DNA from: a virus
IMG/VR virus record: IMGVR_UViG_3300046170_000502
Coordinates: 1-64,000 of that record
DNA: 64,000 nucleotides
Reading direction: 5' to 3' (one strand)
Position 1 is the first letter of the stretch; each line of letters starts with the position of its first letter. Both the position numbers and the translations under genes were made by a program. Positions 48,986 to 56,738 of this stretch are shown here, piece after piece. The notes under the pieces are model-generated. The model made no database searches and was not told the DNA's origin. It worked only from the letters and a program-made list of their open reading frames with translations.

Positions 48986-49207
48986 TTATTTCAAGCCGTC
49001 TCTTAATTCGCTTAACTCTTTTGTTACCTTGCTGAATTCTTTATGAGCTTGTTGCAATGCGTTTAATGCGTCGGCAACGGCTTCACCTTGCGTAAGGGTT
49101 GCCATGTCAGATTCAGCAAGAAACTTTAGGTTGCCTTTAGCTTTGGACATTGCAAGCGAGCATTCGAGAGTCGGATATCTTTTTATTTTTTTATTTGTTT
49201 CTGTCAT
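48986..49207 (-). CDS. Small helical protein, paralog family A
   Basis: MSKAKGNL.FL..TLTQGE..DAL.A.Q. Confidence 0.55.
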   Translation of the reverse strand: MTETNKKIKRYPTLECSLAMSKAKGNLKFLAESDMATLTQGEAVADALNALQQAHKEFSKVTKELSELRDGLK

Positions 49208-49505
49208 AGTATAGAGAGTAAAGAGTTTTTATTGATGCGTCAAGCTTTAAGCGAATAAAGGATGAATTCTAATGTTGCGAGGATGCCAAGCCATTGTTTT
49301 CTGTGATCTATACAGACGACAAAGCACTTGTTTACCTAGGCGATCATCTGTAAACTCTTTGATCACTTGGTAAGTATTATTATCTCTTGCGAGTACGACA
49401 TCATTTTTTTTATACATATTTTATATTGGTTATTTAATTAATCTTATATATACAATCTAACACATTCTGACCAAAAGTCAAGCCCATAGCAAAAAAACTT
49501 TGTGT

Positions 49506-49533
49506 CGTAAACTATTGATTATTATATACTTAT
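49506..49533 (-). repeat. Partial cassette repeat R10
   Basis: Single degenerate arm pair CGTAAACTATTG..ATACTTATG next to promoter at ~49480. Confidence 0.4.
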
Positions 49534-49585
49534 GAAAACATAGAAAAAAAAGTTAAAAAAAGTTTTAATTATTAGTTATTCTGTA

Positions 49586-49611
49586 CCCCCTACCCCCTTA
49601 TGACCCTACCC
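49586..49611 (-). other. G-quadruplex-type motif at the early/late divergence
   Basis: Minus strand GGG-TA-GGG-TCATAA-GGGGG-TA-GGGGG. Confidence 0.6.
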
Positions 49612-49773
49612 ATTAAATGAATTCATTTTTCGATCGCATTGTGCAATAGCCGCCGGGGGTGCCTTTTTTCAATATGAAATGCAACCTAATAAATTATAAT
49701 ATATTGCTCAAGCCAAAAAAAATCCAGCCACTATATAAAAACAACTTAAATAAGTGTATAATATATTAGTAAA

Positions 49774-50506
49774 ATGGCTCGAAAACGTAAAAAAACCGAG
49801 ATAACAGATGAAGATGAGATCAAAAAGATCGCATCTTCTCTGCACAAAAGAAATGTCAAGCTGAAAAAACTAAGCCTTAACTGACAAACAAATGGCTTTA
49901 TTAAAGATAATATTTGATAAAGAAACCAGTATTGTATTCATTAGTGGCCCTGCGGGCACAAGTAAAACTTATATAGCAATATATGGAGCATTACAATTAT
50001 ATAATATGAATAATGATCGCGGCATCACATATGTACGCACAATCGCAGAAAGTGGCGAAAAAAGCCTTGGCGCACTTCCTGGAGAAATGGCTGAGAAGAT
50101 CAATCCATATATGATGCCTATGAATGAAAAGCTTGATGAGCTTTTGGTTCCTGGCCAAGCCAGTATTTTAAAAGAAAAGGATATTGTAAAAGGTATGCCT
50201 GTAAATTACCTTCGCGGAGCCAGTTGGATGGACGAAATCGTAATCGCGGACGAATCTCAGAATTTCACATTCAAAGAGCTTACTACTTTAATGACCCGAC
50301 TTGGTCGCGGCAGTAAATTAATCATTTGTGGCGATCCAATGCAAAGCGACATCAATGGAAAAAGTGGATTTGCAGATATGTATTCTATTTTTGATGATCA
50401 AGAAAGCAAACAACGAGGTGTACATACATTTCATTTTGGAGCAGAAGATATAATGAGAAGTGAAATACTAAAATTTGTAATAACAAAAATACAAAATAAA
50501 AAATAA
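49774..50506 (+). CDS. phoH: PhoH-family ATPase with apparent +1 frameshift near 49877
   Basis: GPAGTSKT, YLRGASW, IADESQN, TRLGRGSKLIICGDPMQSD, DIMRS; deleting one C gives ..KLKKLSLTDKQMALL. Confidence 0.88.
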
Positions 50507-50521
50507 AAAAAAATATAAAAA

Positions 50522-50794
50522 ATGAGTAACAGTTTAAGCGAAACAGCGACAGAAGTATCGGAATTAAATTCGCAATTAGAGCTAATAGAATCGAGAGTAC
50601 CTAGAGTAATTATTAAAAATGGCGTTGGAGCCCCATCCCAACATAGCGATGGAACTGCTTTAAAGAAAGGAGATATATGGATATGGAGCGGCTTTTATAC
50701 TGACACATATTTATATATGTATATTGGCGGTTCTACTTCAAATCTTGCGCCGAATGGGTGGATACGAATTGGATATGCAGATGCCACTACCTAA
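50522..50794 (+). CDS. Hypothetical protein (possibly virion)
   Basis: GVGAPS..GDIWI motif typical of fibre/adaptor segments. Confidence 0.5.
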   Translation: MSNSLSETATEVSELNSQLELIESRVPRVIIKNGVGAPSQHSDGTALKKGDIWIWSGFYTDTYLYMYIGGSTSNLAPNGWIRIGYADATT

Positions 50795-50806
50795 AAATGG
50801 TTTATT

Positions 50807-51121
50807 GTGCAATTAATCATTGAATCTTTTTTGACTGAGCCACCTAGCGAAATCTCTTGTTTTCGCGATATTACATTATATGCAAAAACTTATATTTTTG
50901 ATGATATTTTACTTTTATGTCCGACTGGAACTCGCGGCGCATATTGGAATTGGATAAAACAACATGGTGTGCACGATTTTATTTCTCAATTAATAATAGA
51001 ACATGAAAAAGAGCCTGGATGTACGATTGGCGTATCTCCAGGCTCTAATATAGTTACAGATCGTATAACCTGCAACAATTTAAATCAAATTATTAATTCG
51101 CTGATTGAGTTTCGGGCTTAA
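50807..51121 (+). CDS. Hypothetical protein
   Basis: GTG start, 104 aa. Confidence 0.5.
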   Translation: MQLIIESFLTEPPSEISCFRDITLYAKTYIFDDILLLCPTGTRGAYWNWIKQHGVHDFISQLIIEHEKEPGCTIGVSPGSNIVTDRITCNNLNQIINSLIEFRA

Positions 51122-51410
51122 CTTGATCAACAGCCTCCTGAGCAAGCTCTTCAGCTTTCTTGTTCGCGGCTTCTATAATTTCACTAACTTGTTCATCTTT
51201 AAGTTTTTCAACTTCATTTTTAGCTTGTTCTAGGGCTTTATTTTGAGATAACTGAATTATAGCATTTAGAGATACTTGAGATAATGCTTCTCCGAGTGTA
51301 GCTCTTGATAGAAATTCATTTGCTATGATCATCGCAGCATTTTGGCGTTCAGGTGAAACTTCAGGGTCTTTCGATTCTGTATTTTGTGATTCTGTATTTT
51401 GATCTGTCAT
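51093..51410 (-). CDS. Hypothetical helical protein
   Basis: 105-aa ORF. Confidence 0.55.
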   Translation of the reverse strand: MTDQNTESQNTESKDPEVSPERQNAAMIIANEFLSRATLGEALSQVSLNAIIQLSQNKALEQAKNEVEKLKDEQVSEIIEAANKKAEELAQEAVDQVKPETQSAN

Positions 51411-51459
51411 ATTGTATATTATGTATATTTTTTTAGATTTAAAGTTTTTTAATAAAAAT

Positions 51460-51651
51460 TTAGTTTTTCTTTTTTATAGAGTTGAAAATTAAAAGATCAT
51501 AATACAATTGTTTTTGCAGTGTATTATTTTCTTGATTCAATTGTTTTATTTGTTGGTTTTGTTTTTTGATTGTTTCAAACTGTTCCCATATAAGCCAAGT
51601 TCCGTAAAAAAACAACAGTAAAATGCTTATTTTTGTTAATGGTTGATTCAT
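51460..51651 (-). CDS. Small membrane-anchored coiled-coil protein
   Basis: N-terminal TM + QNQQIKQL heptads. Confidence 0.5.
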   Translation of the reverse strand: MNQPLTKISILLLFFYGTWLIWEQFETIKKQNQQIKQLNQENNTLQKQLYYDLLIFNSIKKKN

Positions 51652-51792
51652 GTATATACAATAATATTAAAATATTTTATATATTCAAAATATGATATAG
51701 TTTTGTTTCAAAAGATACAATAAGTAAAAATAAAATAAATTATGCAGAAATTCTGCAATCATCTTTTAATAACTTTAGTGTATTCTATAGAA

Positions 51793-52362
51793 ATGGCAAA
51801 TATTAGTATATCAGACCTCGATCCTCTTCCGGGCGGTTATTTATCAACAGACCTCGTAGTGGTACAAAGGGATACCCAGGCATACAAACTCCCTATATCT
51901 GACCTTTCTAGCGCTGTAAATGCGGCAAGTAGATACGTTGATCAAGCTTCGATTAGCATATCCGCACATAATCTTAGCGAATTTAAAAGCGGAAAGAGGA
52001 TCTCGTTTAGAAAAAATGGACTACTTAACCAAGGTTCCTCGTTTGTAATTCAAATGAATTTTGACAATGGCGGAATGGCACTAGTTAAAAATGTAAATAC
52101 AAGCGAAATAAATGGAGTTGGAGGTTTGATTCCTTCCAATAGGCCTTATCAAATTTTATTTAAAACTTTAAGCGGAGACGTATATGCGGATATCATTATT
52201 GATAGCGCAAGCGATTCTGTAAGCTTCGAAAATATATATGTAAAGTCAGGGGTAACCACAAGTTATCAAGCTTCGTCTATCGCAGACTCATTAAATACAT
52301 CTTCATTAAGATCTAGCGATACTCAATTAAGCGCATCAATTATAGCGTCAATTGTATCCTAA
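51793..52362 (+). CDS. Putative virion protein
   Basis: N-term MANISISDL..DLVVV typical of tail/fibre proteins; GTGTA 10 nt upstream. Confidence 0.5.
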   Translation: MANISISDLDPLPGGYLSTDLVVVQRDTQAYKLPISDLSSAVNAASRYVDQASISISAHNLSEFKSGKRISFRKNGLLNQGSSFVIQMNFDNGGMALVKNVNTSEINGVGGLIPSNRPYQILFKTLSGDVYADIIIDSASDSVSFENIYVKSGVTTSYQASSIADSLNTSSLRSSDTQLSASIIASIVS

Positions 52363-52559
52363 TTGGATTTTCTCTTTTTACTTTTTATTCTTTTGATTTC
52401 TTCTGGGAGAATTTTTATAACCTCCTCAGTTTCATTTTCCATCATCATTTCAGCCGGAGTCAAACCGTTTAACTGCGCATTTTCAGTCTTTAACCAGCAG
52501 GTTGATTGATACGAATTTAAATTTTTACTCAAAAGTTCAAGAATAGATTTTTGCGACAT
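52359..52559 (-). CDS. Stand-alone Xre/MbcA/ParS C-terminal (DUF2384-like) antitoxin domain
   Basis: CWLKTENAQLNGLTPAEMM..V..L. Confidence 0.6.
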   Translation of the reverse strand: MSQKSILELLSKNLNSYQSTCWLKTENAQLNGLTPAEMMMENETEEVIKILPEEIKRIKSKKRKSN

Positions 52560-52613
52560 GTAATATATTACACTAAAAAATATTTTTTTAAATTTGGGAG
52601 TGTATATATAGCA

Positions 52614-53048
52614 ATGGGGCCGATATTGAATACAATTATTGGGGCAGGAATAAAATTAGCCTGCAATTTTATAAATGCATGGTTAGAGCAAAAAAGGCAA
52701 GATCAACTGGCATTGGCTGCGAGAGACGATAAAATGCTTCAAGCTTTAATTGATCAACAAACGAAAACCGCTAGTGATCCATTTGTTAAAGTTACTCGTA
52801 GGATACTTTTTATGAGCATTACTTTTACGATGTGTTTTTTGATGATTTATTACGCAATGAATCCGCATATAACTTACAATTTGATTGTCCCAAAGGGAGA
52901 TAATGCAAAATGGGGTTTCTTCTCTTGGATTCTAGGAGGCAAAGATTGGGAGATAGTGCAAATGACTGGAGGCTTAATGCTTGCATCGTTTATGGATTTA
53001 TGTTTTATGGTGGTAGGCTTCTACGCGATACCAAGTAAAAGAAGATGA
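52614..53048 (+). CDS. Multi-pass membrane protein, holin-like
   Basis: DPFVKVTRR followed by TM segments; GTGTA 9 nt upstream. Confidence 0.5.
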   Translation: MGPILNTIIGAGIKLACNFINAWLEQKRQDQLALAARDDKMLQALIDQQTKTASDPFVKVTRRILFMSITFTMCFLMIYYAMNPHITYNLIVPKGDNAKWGFFSWILGGKDWEIVQMTGGLMLASFMDLCFMVVGFYAIPSKRR

Positions 53049-53308
53049 GGGTTTTAGGTTGCTTTTTTATATTGTTCTTAAGTTCTTGCTCATCTAAGCT
53101 AAGGAATATAAAGCTAAATCCAGCGCCAGTTAAAAATGAATTTAATTCAATAGATTCAAATAGTGATTTGACTATTTCTCCAGACGAGTACAATTTTTAC
53201 AAGCAGGCTGAATACAATTCAATCGATCCTATTGGATGGTTTTTTATTATTTTTGGATTAGTATTTCTATTTTCTGTTGTTTTAGGGTATTTTGTAAAGA
53301 GTAAATGA
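53045..53308 (+). CDS. Lipoprotein with C-terminal TM (unimolecular-spanin-like) and EF-hand-like loop
   Basis: LFLSSC lipobox; DSNSDLTISPDE; C-term TM. Confidence 0.45.
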   Translation: MRVLGCFFILFLSSCSSKLRNIKLNPAPVKNEFNSIDSNSDLTISPDEYNFYKQAEYNSIDPIGWFFIIFGLVFLFSVVLGYFVKSK

Positions 53309-53895
53309 GTACAAGTTTAGATATTATTACCGTGCTAACAGGCGTTGTCTCTGCCGCAACTGCCGTATTAGGTGTTTGGTTGAAAGTGAAGTATGACGAG
53401 AGAAAACATAAGCAATTAAACTACGATCCGAGTTTACACAGCAATGTCGTTACCGCCTTGGAGTTCATCGTGAGGGAAACTAGTGCGGATAGAGCTTATA
53501 TACTAGAATTTCACAATGGAGAGCAATATTTTTCAGGCAGGGGGCAACAAAAATTAAGCTGCACATATGAATGTGTGAATGACGGAATAAGCGTTGAGTG
53601 TCAAAATCTCCAAAATATAAGGGTGTCAAATTTTCACGGATTAATGAATTCTATTTCCAGGCAAGAAACATTTTCGTGTCCAGATACAGAAGAGTATATA
53701 GGCGATTTTACGTTCAAGTCCTTGCTTCAGTCTAAAGGTGTAGAAAGTATGTTTGCCAGACCAATAAAAACTTTGAATGGAAAAATTATAGGAATACTTT
53801 GCTTGGAGTATGTAAAAGAAAAGCGTAAGTGGGGGCATGATTCCGAGGAATTTATAAAAAAGCAAGCGAATCTCGTTAGTGGGTATTTGATATAA
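53305..53895 (+). CDS. Single-TM + GAF-like protein (T4 holin T-like architecture)
   Basis: N-term TM; ADRAYILEFHNG..KLSCTYE; PIKTLNGKIIGILCLEY. Confidence 0.55.
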   Translation: MSTSLDIITVLTGVVSAATAVLGVWLKVKYDERKHKQLNYDPSLHSNVVTALEFIVRETSADRAYILEFHNGEQYFSGRGQQKLSCTYECVNDGISVECQNLQNIRVSNFHGLMNSISRQETFSCPDTEEYIGDFTFKSLLQSKGVESMFARPIKTLNGKIIGILCLEYVKEKRKWGHDSEEFIKKQANLVSGYLI

Positions 53896-53922
53896 TTACA
53901 TTTTTAGCTATAATATATTATT

Positions 53923-54294
53923 ATGGCTTTTTCTTATTGTCCTCATTGTGGTTTTAAAAATATGTACTCCTTGCAAGCGCCAAAATTTTGCGGCGGCTGC
54001 GGGGAAGGTTTGAGTTTATTAAGCGCTTCCAAGCAAATAAAAACAGCGACTTCTGTCCCAACAACTCAAAGTAAACAAAAACGAAAAGCGCTTAGTCGAG
54101 CTCCTATAGAGCTGGAAGACGATCCTGATGGATTAGATATTTACGAAATTCCAGATATAACTAAATTATCTTATTCTATCCAAATTGATAAAAATAAATT
54201 CAACTTAAAGGATATAATCCCCCTTGAGGATTTAGAAAATTTCAAAGAAGAGCCCAAAAAGAAAAAGAGCCGTGGCCGACCAAGAAAAAAGTAA
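53923..54294 (+). CDS. Zinc-ribbon protein
   Basis: YCPHCG..FCGGCG; basic C-tail. Confidence 0.6.
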   Translation: MAFSYCPHCGFKNMYSLQAPKFCGGCGEGLSLLSASKQIKTATSVPTTQSKQKRKALSRAPIELEDDPDGLDIYEIPDITKLSYSIQIDKNKFNLKDIIPLEDLENFKEEPKKKKSRGRPRKK

Positions 54295-55015
54295 TTATAC
54301 TTACGAGGATAAGGCGAAAGAAATTGACCAAGAAATAAAAAAGAGAAGAGGCAAATGGTTTCTAGATTCATTGGCCTGGTTTGACTTTGAAGATGTAGAG
54401 CAAATTATAAAAGCTCACATATATAAAAAATGGCATCAATGGGATCAAAGCCGATCCCTTAAGCCTTGGATGAATAAGATTATAACCAATCAAATGAAGA
54501 ATATTCTGCGCAATAATTACAGTAACTTTGTTAGACCCTGTCTTAACTGCCCGTTTAATCAGTCTTGCGCCACAAAAGACGGAGGGGAGGCTTCGTTATG
54601 CGGATTCACGAAGAGTGGCTTGCAGGATTCATCGTGCCCTCTTTACTTGAAGTGGGAAAAAACCAAAAAGTCCGCTTACGGCATAAAGATGGCGCTAGCT
54701 TTAGATAATCATAGTCACGAGGTTCAAGCTATGGAGGATAATAATTTTGACATTATGGAGTCTCAGGGGAAACTTAATAAATGCATGAAGCGAGAATTAT
54801 CCAAAAAGCAGTATCTTGTTTACGAGTTATTATTCATCAAGCATATCGACGAAGAAGAGGTCGCTCAAAAGATGGGGTACAAAACAAGCGAAAAGGGCAG
54901 GAAAGCTGGGTATAAGCAAATAAAAAACCTTAAAAAAATCTTCAAGCAAAAAGCTCAAGAAATTTTAAAAAATGAAGATATTATTTCTGTCAGGGGAGTT
55001 ATACCATGGAGCTAA
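54272..55015 (+). CDS. Phage sigma70-family (ECF-like) sigma factor with Cys-rich insertion
   Basis: Region-2-like DFEDVEQII..W.QWD.SRSLKPWMNKII.NQMKNILR; region-4 HTH LSKKQY.VYELLF..DEEEVAQKMG. Confidence 0.7.
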   Translation: MADQEKSNYTYEDKAKEIDQEIKKRRGKWFLDSLAWFDFEDVEQIIKAHIYKKWHQWDQSRSLKPWMNKIITNQMKNILRNNYSNFVRPCLNCPFNQSCATKDGGEASLCGFTKSGLQDSSCPLYLKWEKTKKSAYGIKMALALDNHSHEVQAMEDNNFDIMESQGKLNKCMKRELSKKQYLVYELLFIKHIDEEEVAQKMGYKTSEKGRKAGYKQIKNLKKIFKQKAQEILKNEDIISVRGVIPWS

Positions 55016-56058
55016 CCGACGAGCAAAAAACATTAATTCAGGAGAGCTCTAAGACTATATCGGATCTAACCGAGTTAACTAGATTAGCTTTTCCCGAGTC
55101 AGCAAAAATTGACGGCAGAAGTAAACAGGGTCGGTCGGTTCGAGCATTTTTAGCTCAAAATAAAATCGACTACGAAACTAAACATTTGGAGCCGAAAGAA
55201 ATTATCGCTCTAAATGAAGAACAAAAAGAATTCACCACCCAATCGATAAAAGACGGTATGAATTGCGCGCAGATTGCAACCATACTATTCCCAGAAGTGA
55301 GGGTAACTAAAGTAAGTAAAGAATATCTTGCTGTTTTTCAATTTGTAGATGCATCTCAAGAAATAAAGGTACCGTCCATCGAAGACGCTGTGCACAAAAA
55401 GTATTCACCGCCTAAAGCAGAAAGCAAAATAATTAAAAAAATTAATGATTGTTGCCAAAAAACGATAAATGAAAATAAATTATCAATGATGGAGAGAAAA
55501 AGCATTGAGGCTTTGGCGACTTTTCTAGCTTCACCGAGATTTATTCAAATTATTAATAATTACGATAGCTCAGAAGATAGAGATCTATTTGAAGCAGAAT
55601 TTGTTCGGGCAACATGGGATAAGCCTGATTTAAGTAATGATGAAATTAATTTATATATTAATGTCTGCATGGATTATATTCACTTAAAAAACATCCAAGG
55701 AGCGATCAATAAACTAAATAGAATGTTTGACGACGCCGAAGATCAACAGGATTTAACTGTTCGCCTGGCCGAACTTTTGAAAACAAAAAGCGAAGAATAC
55801 AATCAATGCGAAAAAAGAATGGAATCTTTAATTCAAAAATTACAGGGAGACCGTTCGAAAAGGGTGTCTTCTCAACACAAACAAAATGCAAGCATTCTTT
55901 CTCTCGTGCAGCTATTTCAAGAGGAGGAGGAGCGAAAGGTCATGATTAAAATCGCTCAGCTGCAGAAAAAAGCCGCAAAGGATGAAGCTGATAAACTTGA
56001 ATCTATGCCAGACTGGAAAGCTAGAGTTTTGGGAATATCTAAAGAAGATGCAATATAA
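55006..56058 (+). CDS. Hypothetical helical/coiled-coil protein (possible terminase small subunit)
   Basis: 350 aa, upstream of TerL; function by position only. Confidence 0.5.
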   Translation: MELTDEQKTLIQESSKTISDLTELTRLAFPESAKIDGRSKQGRSVRAFLAQNKIDYETKHLEPKEIIALNEEQKEFTTQSIKDGMNCAQIATILFPEVRVTKVSKEYLAVFQFVDASQEIKVPSIEDAVHKKYSPPKAESKIIKKINDCCQKTINENKLSMMERKSIEALATFLASPRFIQIINNYDSSEDRDLFEAEFVRATWDKPDLSNDEINLYINVCMDYIHLKNIQGAINKLNRMFDDAEDQQDLTVRLAELLKTKSEEYNQCEKRMESLIQKLQGDRSKRVSSQHKQNASILSLVQLFQEEEERKVMIKIAQLQKKAAKDEADKLESMPDWKARVLGISKEDAI

Positions 56059-56063
56059 ATTCT

Positions 56064-56738
56064 ATGAAAACAATAACCATAGAAAAACAATATTTCAAGC
56101 CCACATCTACAGAAAAACAAGAATCTAAATTCATAGATAAAAGCGCACTCGGGTTTGGGTGGAGGCCCGGTCAGGAAAGGTTTAAGTTGATCATTAGATC
56201 GTGCTTTATTGATGGCACAGGAGTTTCTGAAGCGCTAAAGCTTTCTTTTTGTCGAGATGTGGAGGTGCAAGATTGCGAATTCCTAGGTGGTTATGAAGAT
56301 TGCGTTGATATTGTGCGCGGAGAAAATATATCTTTCAAAAATTGCCATTTTATATCCCAAAATTCTCGACAACACATAACGTGCAAAGGGGGCGCAAGAA
56401 ATATAAGTTTTACGAATTGCAAATTTACTGGGGCGTTTAAAAATTGGTGGAATGGAGCTTGCATTGATTTAGGTAATTGGACAGATTATGATGACGTAGA
56501 TCGACCAAGGGTTAGGGGTGTGAGAATTAAAAATTGCATTATGAAGGATGTGTGCACTCAAGTTTTATATAGAAAACTTTATTCTGAAAAACCTGAAGTT
56601 GAGAATAGTTATGGTATTAAATTGAATATTCCAAATGTATTTGTGAAAGTGTTTTGGGCATTGCAAAGAATGAAGCTGCTTGGAGAAAGAAGAACATTCG
56701 ATGAGGATTGGTTAAAAGTTTATGATTTCGAATTATGA
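56064..56738 (+). CDS. Right-handed beta-helix (pectate-lyase-like) protein
   Basis: Repeats VEVQDCEF/ISFKNCHF/ISFTNCKF/VRIKNCIM; EDCVDI. Confidence 0.65.
   Translation: MKTITIEKQYFKPTSTEKQESKFIDKSALGFGWRPGQERFKLIIRSCFIDGTGVSEALKLSFCRDVEVQDCEFLGGYEDCVDIVRGENISFKNCHFISQNSRQHITCKGGARNISFTNCKFTGAFKNWWNGACIDLGNWTDYDDVDRPRVRGVRIKNCIMKDVCTQVLYRKLYSEKPEVENSYGIKLNIPNVFVKVFWALQRMKLLGERRTFDEDWLKVYDFEL

Noticed and set aside
38967-49533. CRISPR array interpretation of the recurring repeats
   Set aside because: Spacers are 0.3-2 kb and protein-coding, repeats are ~80 bp and degenerate, and no cas genes are present.
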